Positions 53,544 through 64,000 of a stretch of 64,000 nt of DNA are shown in pieces. Position 1 is the first letter of the stretch. Every line of letters begins with the position of its first letter. Under the pieces are notes generated by a model that did not search any database, was not told the origin of the DNA, and saw nothing but the letters and a program-made list of their open reading frames with translations. A program made the position numbers and the translations under genes. Origin of the DNA: Eledone cirrhosa (lineage: Eukaryota). The stretch covers positions 261,764,001-261,828,000 of the forward strand of contig OZ024740.1 in the NCBI GenBank assembly GCA_964016885.1. The letters run 5' to 3'.

Positions 53544-56500
53544 GGCGACCTACGTAGGAAATCGTATTATCGTGAGCTCCGCAAAGGTTTGTTATTTCCG
53601 TTTGTTTAAAAATTGCCATGTATGGAAAATTTTATTGTAAACTGTTTATAAGCACACATACATTGTTTTCCGAAAAGGACACCCAAAAAGATTGGGGCCT
53701 TGTGCCCAAAAGAGTTCACGGTAACTCAAGAAGATTTAGAAAATGCCAAACAAATGGTAAAGAAAGATGGGTACAGGGTCAGCCTCCCCCCCCCCCCACC
53801 TAATAAAATGGAGCATCGGCGCCTGTGCACCGTGTCGTATAGAACAATAAATGTAAAATCGCGCCGAGTGGAACGGGCATCCGAGTCCCAAATCCAAAAA
53901 GCTTTGGGACATGTGTGGGCAAGAAAAACCCACATCAGACGTGGGCAAAAGTATGGAACCGTGGATGTGTTCTTTGAAACACCAGAGGAGGCTAGAGAAC
54001 ACTCCATGGCCCCATTAAAAAGTGACGACTTCACACTCGTCCCAAGCTATTGTGGCCAGAGACTCGTAAAGATCAGGGTGACCCACGTTCCACCGGCCAT
54101 CGAAATTCCCTGGCTAATAGCGGCTGTCATCGCCGGCATCGAGGCCAACACGAAAATAATAACAATAGCAAAAGAAAAGCAGGAAAACTGGTCCGGATCT
54201 GGGATGGAGCTCCTGATCCAAGCGGACCAAAAAAGCATTGAGGAGATCCCAGAGGTAATAGACCTCACTGACGGCAGCCACCTCACGGTAATTGTCGAGG
54301 GCAGAAGACCTAGGTGTGTCGTTTGTGGTGAAGGAACCCACCTAAGGGCTTTCTGCCCTCAGGCTAAAAGGTTGAGGCCACCTCTCCTACCCACCCCAGT
54401 GACACAACCATCAACACCACCAGTAGCAGAGATGGCAGCAACACCTGTAGCAGCAACAACAGAAGCAACTATAACAGCAACAACCCCAGCAACAGTAGCA
54501 AAACCAACACCACTACCACCACCAGCAAGACCAACACCACCACCACCCAACGCTTCAGAACTAGCACCAGCGCCTACACCTTCCACCACACCACAACCAA
54601 AACTAACGGCTGTGGAGGATTTTCCACTCCCCGGCCTATCACAACTGGAGACAGATTGTAGCGACGAGGAGTGGGAAACGATATTCGGAAAAAAAAAAGA
54701 AACCAAAAAAGAAAAAATTCTCTTCCTTCCCCCTCCAAAAACAAAATACAGAGGGAAACAAATAAACTAAGAAACAAAAAAGTTAGGACAGATATGCCAC
54801 CATCCACACCAGCATCACCAACCCCATCAACCCAAACACCAACACCATCACCATCATTAACTCCAACACCACCATCACCTACACCACAAAAGTCACCAAA
54901 GTGCGAAACAGAAACAAACCCACAACAAACGCAAACAAAACAAAACAACCAAAACGATACACACTACACAGCATTAAATTTGAACAACAAGCAATTATTA
55001 CACTACATCCAACACAACACCAGCATCACAGAAAAAGACTACACAACAACCCCAAAATTCACACCACCTCCACACATACAAATCACTCGCATCACACAGA
55101 AAACGTACATGACACTAAAACAAAAATTCCCCAAAGACATCGGAGACTTCCGACAAGCACTCTCCAGGAGGATTTATAAGGACATCCTTCCTGAGGAGGC
55201 CACAAGCAGTGAAAAGGATGGAAAAGCCGTCCTTCCCCTACGAGAAGTAAGGTAAGTGGTCTTTCCCATCTTTTCCACTCCTTTTCAACATGACCTCACT
55301 CAGAATAGGCAGCATAAATGCGCGTGGCTTGGGGTCGTCATGGAAGCAGGGCCACCTGCTCAACGACCTCAGGTCACTAAACATAGATGTAGTGGCCATC
55401 AGCGAGACCAGAATCTCCGAAGCACAGGCTTTCGCACCGATCTTCGGCGGCTACGATGTGTACGCATCTCCCAGCCGTCCGGGATCGGGGGGAGGAGTTG
55501 CTGTGCTTTTTCGGAGAGGTTTGGATCTTGCCATACGGGCCATCTTCCTGGACCCAGAAGGTAAGTTGGTGGTGCTGGACGTGACCAGCGGAGACGGGCA
55601 AGCTTTCAGGTTAGTGGCCGTCTATGCCCCGACAGGAGCAGGGCGGCCTGATTTCTTCCGGCGTATGGAGACCTTTCTTGGAACGTCCCGCTCTTTAGTG
55701 TTAGTGGGCGACTGGAACGGGATCTTAGATGCACGCTGGGATTGTGTGGGATTAGTGGATAGGGAAGGAGGGTGCAAGAGTCTCACCAACCTGCTCAGAC
55801 GTTTTGAACTGTCTGACAGGTACCGAATGGATTTCCCGAATGTACCAATGTGGACTTGGACAAATCGCATAGGGTCATCCAGATCATATCTAGATAGAGT
55901 ATTTTGTAGGGAAATAGATAGGTCTAGCATAGGCTGTCCACAATTCAAGATAGTCAGCTACACGGACCACAAATTCGTGATCTGTGTGCTTGACTTAGAT
56001 AGGCTTCATAGACGAGGACCCGGCTACTGGAAGCTAAACGCGTCCTTACCAGCGCGCAAGGCCTACAGAGACCGGATTAGCGAACTAGTTAAGCGGGCGT
56101 TGACGGGGGCCATCGTCAACAACAAGTGGTGGTTTGCTCTGAAAAGAGCAATTAGAATAGAGTACATTAGGTTTAGTAAGACTTTAGCAATAGAGAAAAA
56201 TAGAGCAGAGGGAGAATTAGTTAGAAAATTAGATGAGGCGCTTAGCAAAGGCATCGCGACCGACGTGCTTGCGGCGAAATTGGCCCTTGACCAATTCTTC
56301 AATGCAAAGCACGAAGGCTGCGTTGTCAGAGCTAGGGTGCGTGCTCTCAGACACGAGGGGACGAAAGCCGTTCAATGGGCCCGAGTGGCGGAGGCGCGTC
56401 GTGGCAACAAAGCCACGATCCGGTCTTTGGTGGACCACGACGGGCGCATGCTACTCGATCCCGGGCAAATGTGTGAAGCTTTTCAGCGACACTTCGCGCA

Positions 56501-56570
56501 ACTGTTCGGGGGCAGTGGCGGGCCGGATCGAGGGATGGACTTTAGTGTCTACCTCGACGGACTGCCGCGG
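53544..56570 (+). mobile_element. Tx1-like copy 3: intact 5' end, ~0.5 kb deletion at the start of ORF1, 3'-truncated in ORF2
   Basis: GGCGACCTACGTAGG after (TTA)n; ORF1 53700-55255; ORF2 from ATG 55290 with an uninterrupted APE domain. Confidence 0.93.
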
Positions 56571-59500
56571 TATCGGTTAATTTTCTCCCTCTCCTTCTCT
56601 TGCACTCTCGTGTCGAACGGGCAGGCCACATCCACAATCAGACACGATCTTTTTTCCTTGTTCACAACCACCAGGTCAGGTCTATTGTGTTCCAGTTTTT
56701 TGTCCGTCTGTATCCTAAAATCCCACAGCACCTTCACCTGATTGTTCTCCATCACCGCCTCCGGCCTATGCTCATACCGTTTCTCAGAATGTGGTAAATT
56801 GTTTACTTTGCACAGGTGCCAGTGGATCACCCTGCCCATCACATCGTGTCTCCAGCCCTTATAGTGGGTCTGGGCTAGGTGTTTACACTCGGACACAATG
56901 TGAGCCACAGTCTCCTCTCTCTCTCCACAGATCCTGCACAGTGGGCTAGCCTCCTCCTTGTAAATATGGTGCTTCAACCACTTCGTTTTGAGGGCCTGCT
57001 CCTGCGCAGTCATTATCATTCCTTCTGTAGCCTTTTTGAGGTCTCCTCTTCTCAACCAGTTCCATGTCTGTGGATCTCAAAATTCAGTTTTCTCAAAGAA
57101 GGTACTATGAAGGGATTTTCCCTTAAGGCTGCTCTTCCTCCTTGATGTTATTTCCTCCTTGGACATCCCCTGGCCTACTGTCCCCTCCTTCAGTACAGTT
57201 CTGAGCATTGGCTCCTTACTATAGGTCACGTATTTGTATAGGTTGTTTTTCTCCATCTGAACACAGTCCTCTATGCTGATAAGACCTCTTCCACCCTCAG
57301 ATCTCCTTAGGTAGAGTCTATCGACATCACTCCTCTTGTGGAACATGTTGTAGATAGTCAATAGCTTCCTAGTCTTCCTATCCATTTCTTTTTGTTCAGC
57401 AACATTCCATCTCAGAATTCCCGCACTGTACCTAATAATAGACACAGCTCGGGAATTTACTGCGCTTATGGCATTTCTGCTGTTCAGATGTGACTTCAAT
57501 ACGCTCCTTACTCTCCGAATGTATTCAGTTCTTAACAATTCCTTCATTTTTTTGTTCTTTATGCCATCAGCCTCCAGAACGCCCAAATACTTGTATCCTT
57601 CCTCAGAGTCAATTTCCTTTATCATCTCACCTGTTGGTATATGGATCCCGTTACTTCTGCTCAACCTACCCCTCTTCATCACAATGACTCCACATTTACC
57701 AATACCAAACTGCATACATATATCACTGCTGAAAATACGGACAGTGTCAACAAGCACATCCAACTCCTTCTCACTTTTCCCGAAGAGCTTAAGATCGTCC
57801 ATGAAGAGGAGGTGATTGATAGTAAGCTCTCCCCTTCCCAACTTGTATCCTGCTCTCACTTTTCGCAGCATAATGGTCAAGGGCATCAGGGCAAGGACAA
57901 ACAACAGAGGGGACAGGCTATCTCCCTGGAAGATACCTCTCTTGATCTTCACGCTTCCCAAGGATACTCCAGTTGATGTCAACTCTGTCTCCCAGGACCC
58001 CATACTCCTGCCTAGCAACTGTCTGATGTTATCTGCCACCCTGAAGATCTCCAGGCTTTTGGTGATCCAGGAATGAGGCACCATGTCAAATGCCTTTCTG
58101 TAGTCTATCCATCCCATGGCAAGATCAGTGTGTCTCCTCCTGCAATTCCCCATTACCATCTTATCAATAAGCAACTGGTCCTTTGTACCACGTGACTTCT
58201 TTCGGCATCCTTTCTGTTCGTCCGGTAACTAGTTGTTTGTGTGGAGGTGATGGTAGATTTCCTCAGACACAATGCTCGTCAACAGTTTCCACATTACGGA
58301 CAGACATGTGATAGGTCTATAGTTGGTAACATCATTACCCTTGATTCGGTCTTTCATTATCAGAACTGTGGTACCTTTTGTCAACCACTCTGGCACCTCA
58401 CCCGACACCAAGCAGTCATTGAACATGGCCGTCAGCTTCGGGTGGAGGTATGTTAAATGTTTAATCCAATACCCCTGCACACCATCTGGGCCTGGTGATT
58501 TCCAGTTGGTTAGTTTTTTGGCCTGCCCCTTAAGAGTTTCAACTGTGATACTCAAATCAGTTTGTTGCTGTGCCTGCTCACCGATCTCCCTCTGTACTGT
58601 CTCAATCCACCCTGCCTGGGCATTGTGTCTAACATCCTGCTCCCATATTCCTCTCCAGAATGTTTTAGTTTGTTCCTCCCCAGGGATCAAGTTGTTGCCT
58701 CTTTCTTTCCCCTCAAGCTGTCCAAACAGCATCTTCTGGTTGTTGTCGAACATGCGGTTCTGTTTATACTGACTGACTCTGTTCTCGTATCGCCTGATTT
58801 TTGCACTCTTTGCTACAATGCGTTGCTTCAATTCCTCTATGATAATATTTAGCTTTTTACTCCTAGTTTTGTATTTTATTTCCAGTCTATTTTTAGTGCC
58901 TATGTTTTTTAGTGTCCCATTCAGTAGTGACTCAAGCTTTCCTATGTCATTTCTCATTTCCCCGATTTGCCCACTCAGTCGCTTCTTCCACCACGGCTCT
59001 GCTCTTTCTTGTCTGTTGTTTCCTCTCGCTTTTATACCAAGTAGTTCCCTCACCGTATTTGCTGTTGCTTTGAGGATATTGTTGCACTGGTGAAGGCTCC
59101 TCGCCTCAAGGTATGGGATGACTTTGTTTACCTTAGCTGTTGTTTCTTTTAACTTTTTCCTGTCTACAAATCTTAGGTTCATAGGTCTCCCACTATCATT
59201 GTTCAATTCATCTACCACTAAATTTAGGATGTCAACCGAATCTTGTCCTAGCCCGTCAGCATTCATCTCCTCAGTGGCCGTATCTCTGTTCCAGGTATTA
59301 TTTATCTCAGTATTCAGATCATTGTCTGCTTCGGGTGGTTCCTCCGTTCTCAGGACCTCTTCACCTTCATTTTCCACTGGCTCGCTTGTCTGGCATACTA
59401 CACCCGCCATCTCCAAGCCATTCTCTCTGCTCAGTTCCTCCAGTTCCAGCTCGCTTATCCACCCATTAGTTCTTATTACCCGAGCCTGCCCGTCCAATTT

Positions 59501-60831
59501 TTGTTCATCTAATTTAAATAAACCAATCTCGTTCCAGATGTTATGCATCCGTCTCCTGTAGCCCCTCTCCTTGGGGTTACTTTTCAGGTAGCATTGCATA
59601 ACAGTTCTATTCAATTCTTTCGTCCAGTTGGTTCTGGCCCCTTTCCTTCTTCTTCTTCCTCCAACATCAGCAGTATTTGGTTGACAGTCAGGTTCCTGCT
59701 GCTGAGCCAGAGGGCACCTGTTGGGTGAGAGTCTGTCACATGACGTTCTAGTCTCCATTTCACCGTTATTCGAACTGTTTATGTTCGATATTTAAACACT
59801 CTTATCGAGGATTGGCGAATGTATAGTTACATAGCCATCTGTGGATCCGCCATCCCACTTGGCCCTTGTGTGGCATTATCACCACGCTGTATACGAACAC
59901 ACATAAACAAACAAACACACAGGCAGAAAGGGCCCCAAAAATGAATAAGCATAAGTTTCATTGTAATGTAGTGTTCGAATGTCTGACTTAGTTTTTGTTT
60001 TTTAAGTTTTACTTTCCCACCCCTCTTCTCTGTCCGTCCGCCTGCTTCTCTCTTCATTCTTATTTTCTTTACGTTTTGGGGGTTTCTTTTTTTGTTTTTG
60101 TTTTTCTCTGTTTGTTTTTCTCGTTTTTGCTGTTGTTGCTGTGCTGCTTTGGTTTTGTTGTTTGTTTTTTCTTTTTTCTTTTGAGTCTATCTATATATTT
60201 TGATGCCTTCCTCTTTGTTAGTAGTAGGAATTCTATAATGTGGAAGTAGCAGCCAGCAGGGAGAAGTGGGAGACTGGCGGCGGTAGCGATACTGAGACAG
60301 TGGTGGTGGTGATGTCGATACCGTGGCAGTGGTGGCGGTGATGCGACCGTATTACTGTAGTGATGGTGCTGTAGCGGTGGCAGCAGCAGTGAAGGAGTCA
60401 AGGGGTGGTGGCGGCGGTGATGGGATAGTGGTGGTAATGATGGCCGTAGTGAGCGGTGGCGGTGAAGGTGAAAATGCTGTTGTGTTTAGTGTACACAGAT
60501 GATGGGGTGGGTGGTGTATCTAGTTTCTGGTGTTGGTGAGTTCGCTGTCCTATATAGTGTAGCCAGAGGAGAGGAGGGGGGGGGGTTCTTCTTCTTCCAT
60601 TTATAGCCATTTTTTTTTGGATATACAGTGTACAATACAAAGTTGAATATTTGAATATTTGAGCCTTATAACAATATATTTTGGGTCCGAATTTTTTTGG
60701 GGCTCAAGCCGGGTGCTTTACGTAGCATTTGTACTAAGAGTTGTTATTTCACAAATGATTTAAATATGTTAAAAATTCAAAACTTACGGGAGCGATTTCA
60801 TGACCTCCGTCACCTCGTGCGTCTTCTTCCC
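56569..60831 (-). mobile_element. Family A copy 3: full 5' end, two in-frame nonsense codons (58229, 57077), last ~280 nt missing
   Basis: ORFs 58229-59758, 57077-58174 and 56549-57055 are in the same frame; 5' end GGGAAGAAGACGCAC at 60831. Confidence 0.93.
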
Positions 60832-60875
<44 letters not shown>

Positions 60876-60887
60876 GTTATTGTTATT

Positions 60888-62389
60888 CCTTGAATCTCAG
60901 TCATTGATGTTGGTTAACTGGAAAGTCCGTTGGATTGAATATCAAGCCACTACCTGCAGCCTCAGATATTCAGGACGTATCGGAGGGTTCTTGCCGTTCC
61001 AAGCAAGCATGCCTTTTGAAGCGTTCCAAAAAGCGTGAAGGGGCCGATTTTCTTTAACCATCCCTGGAAACCTTTGGAGATAGTCCCCAGTGCGCCTATG
61101 ACAATCGGGATCACTTTGACTTCATGGCAGTTCCAAATCCTTTTCACCTCCCACTTTAGGTCCTGGTATCGGTTAATTTTCTCCCTCTCCTTCTCTTGCA
61201 CTCTCGTGTCGAACGGGCAGGCCACATCCACAATCAGGCACGATCTTTTTTCTTTGTCCACAACCACCAGGTCAGGTCTATTGTGTTCCAGTTTTTTGTC
61301 CGTCTGTATCCTAAAATCCCACAGCACCTTCACCTGACTGTTCTCCATCACCGCCTCTGGCCTATGCTCATACCATTTCTCAGAATGTGGTAGATTGTTT
61401 ACTTTGCACAGGTGCCAGTGGATCACCCTGCCCATCACATCGTGTCTCCAGCCCTTATAGTGGGTCTGGGCTAGGTGTTTACACTCGGACACAATGTGAG
61501 CCACAGTCTCCTCTCTCTCTCCACAGATCCTGCACAGTGGGCTAGCCTCCTCCTTGTAGATATGGTGCTTCAACCACTTCGTTTTGAGGGCCTGCTCCTG
61601 CGCAGCCATTAGCATTCCTTCTGTAGCCTTTTTGAGGTCTCCTCTTCTCAACCAGTTCCATGTCTGTGGATCTCTAAATTCAGTTTTCTCAAAGAAGGTA
61701 CTATGAAGGGATTTTCCCTTAAGGCTGCTCTTCCTCCTTGATGTTATTTCCTCCTTGGGTATCCCCTGGCCTACTCTCCCCTCCTTCAGTACAGCTCTGA
61801 GCATTGGCTCCTTACTATAGGTCACGTATTTGTATAGGTTGTTTTTCTCCATCTGAACACAGTCCTCTATGCTGATAAGACCTCTTCCACCCTCAGATCT
61901 CCTTAGGTAGAGTCTATCGACATCACTCCTCTTGTGGAACATGTTGTAGATAGTCAATAGCTTCCTAGTCTTCCTATCCATTTCTTTTTGTTCAGCAACA
62001 TTCCATCTCAGAATTCCCGCACTGTACCTAATAATAGACACAGCTCGGGAATTTACTGCGCTTATGGCATTTCTGCTGTTCAGATGTGACTTCAATACGC
62101 TCCTTACTCTCCGAATGTATTCAGTTCTTAACAATTCCTTCATTTTTTTGTTCTTTATGCCATCAGCCTCCAGAACGCCCAAATACTTGTATCCTTCCTC
62201 AGAGTCAATTTCCTTTATCATCTCACCTGTTGGTATCTGGATCCCGTTACTTCTGCTCAACCTACCCCTCCTCATCACAATGACTCCACATTTACCAATA
62301 CCAAACTGCATACATATATCACTGCTGAAAATACGGACAGTGTCAACAAGCACATCCAACTCCTTCTCACTTTTCCCGAAGAGCTTAAG

Positions 62390-62390
<1 letters not shown>
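60888..62390 (-). mobile_element. Family A copy 4, 5'-truncated (1.5 kb), open ORF to the natural stop
   Basis: ORF 60962-62359 ends LRYVLNI; (TTA)n on both sides. Confidence 0.93.
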
Positions 62391-62446
<56 letters not shown>

Positions 62447-62447
<1 letters not shown>

Positions 62448-62837
62448 TTTGAGTCTCAGTCATTGATGTTAGTTAACTGGAAAGTTTGTTGAAATGAATA
62501 TGGAGGCACTACCTGCAGCCTCAGATATTCAGGACGTATCGGAGGGTTCTTGCTGTTCCCAGCAAGCATGACTTTTGAAGCGTTCCAAAAAGCGTGAAGG
62601 GGCCGATTTTCTTTAACCATCCCTGGAAACTTTTTGAGATAATACCTAGTGCGCCTATGACAATCGGGATCACTTTGACTTCATGGCAGTTCCAAATCCT
62701 TTTTACCTCCCACTTTAAGTCCTGGTATCGGTTAATTTTCTCCCTCTCCTTCTCTTGCACTCTCGTGTCGAATGGGCAGGCCACATCCACAATCAGGCAC
62801 GATCTTTTTTCTTTGTCCACAACCACCAGGTCAGGTC

Positions 62838-62841
<4 letters not shown>
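62447..62841 (-). mobile_element. Family A copy 5, 5'-truncated (0.4 kb)
   Basis: ORF 62521-62826 encodes the endonuclease C-terminus; (TTA)n on both sides. Confidence 0.92.
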
Positions 62842-62873
<32 letters not shown>

Positions 62874-63443
62874 CACCTTCGTGACCACCATTATCCTCAC
62901 CATTCTTCTTCTTCTTCTTCTTCTCCTTCTTCTTCTTTAATCAACATCATTTTTATTTTATCGGTATCATCGTCGTCGTTAGTATTATTATTATTGTTAT
63001 TATTATTATTATTATTACAATCATCATCATCATCATCATCGTTGTATCCCCACCTTCTACAAAATAAGGCGATAAATGGTAGCATCTCGCTCACATGCTT
63101 ATGAAAAGTTGATGAAATTTGTTGGAAAGACACCCGTAAGTGCTGAAGGCTAATCAGTTACTACTGATAGAATTTCAATATAGGTGAGGAAAAAAAAAAA
63201 GACAAAAGAATAAAATATATATATAAAAAAAACAAAAAAAAAAATAGAAAAAAGAAGAATGAAGAGAAAAAGAGAAGAAACGAGTAAAGAAATATATAAA
63301 AATATACAAAAACCAAAGACGAAAAATGCTGGAAGAATTGGTGAAATCCAATTGACAAACTTTAACGCTTCGGGCTTATTGGCAACAACGATAAACATTT
63401 GCGAACTGTTATTTCTAACGTTTTTGCCTTACTTCGATTACAG

Positions 63444-63474
63444 AGGAAGATAAGAGAAATACTAAAGATATAAG
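63444..63474 (+). other. Candidate spliced micro-exon (31 or 36 nt)
   Basis: CTAAC branch site at 63415, pyrimidine tract, TACAG acceptor, AG|GTAAGG(TAAGT) donor. Confidence 0.3.
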
Positions 63475-63599
63475 GTAAGGTAAGTCTCTCTGAAACGGCA
63501 AAAGAAGGATCTTCTGAAAAAAAAAAAAAAAAAAAATGCCGCCCGAGGAAGTAATATAGCTAATGTAAACAGAACTGGGGAATTATTTTGCTAGATCGG

Positions 63600-63860
63600 T
63601 TGAGTATGAAATGTATGTATGTATGTATGTATGTATGTATGTATGTATGTATGTATATATATATATAGAGATATATATATATATATATGTATGCATGTAT
63701 ATATACATATACATATATATACATATATATATGTATATATATGTGTAGGTAGGTGTGTGTGTGTACACATATACATATATTCATATAGTTTTATGACACA
63801 AGTATACACTCTTACAGAAACTGTCATATGTGCATGTGTTTATGTATATATATGGATATA

Positions 63861-63914
<54 letters not shown>

Positions 63915-63919
63915 TAAAA

Positions 63920-63950
<31 letters not shown>

Positions 63951-64000
63951 CATATATATATATACATATATATATATGTGTGTGTGTATGTGTGTGTGTG
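63600..64000. repeat. (TATG)n/(TA)n/(TG)n microsatellites
   Basis: Directly visible. Confidence 0.95.

Larger units (their letters stand above)
28043..62873. repeat. (TAA)n/(TTA)n spacer tracts: 28043-28087, 33764-33802, 38309-38370, 44253-44279, 48299-48347, 48954-48973 as TAA; 53491-53543, 60832-60887, 62391-62446, 62838-62873 as TTA
   Basis: Directly visible at element boundaries. Confidence 0.97.

Noticed and set aside
35068-62492. Antisense or alternative-frame ORFs recurring in LINE copies (e.g. 147 aa MTLFTLAVV, 169 aa MTDA)
   Set aside because: Shadow frames; they recur only because the elements are recent copies.
28043-62873. CRISPR-like or telomeric interpretation of the repeat-separated array
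   Set aside because: The repeats are variable-length (TAA)n and the intervening units are multi-kb LINEs; no cas genes and no TTAGGG repeats.

Overview
AT-rich eukaryotic (animal) genomic DNA made almost entirely of microsatellites and transposable elements. The SINE types and (TA)n/(CA)n/(TATG)n density suggest an octopod cephalopod (inference). No confident host protein-coding gene was found. Bases 1-28 kb are a mosaic of decayed elements: a ~2 kb-arm inverted duplication containing an R4-clade LINE fragment, several Penelope-like (PLE) fragments, tRNA/CORE-type SINEs, a hAT-type and a DD37D (maT) transposase relic, and about a dozen type-I hammerhead ribozyme (HHR) motifs. Some of these HHRs sit in 320-530 bp non-coding, partially tandem monomers (non-LTR retrozyme-like), one family of which shows base-pair covariation between two copies. 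Bases 28-63 kb are a ~35 kb array of at least 10 non-LTR retrotransposon copies from three families (two R4/Dong-like restriction-endonuclease LINEs, here A and B, and one Tx1-like APE LINE) separated only by (TAA)n tracts. Polarity is strict: R4-like elements lie sense to (TAA)n, Tx1-like elements sense to (TTA)n. One R4-like copy (44508-48158, 1216 aa) has an intact ORF. All family assignments come from motif recognition by eye; no database searches were run.
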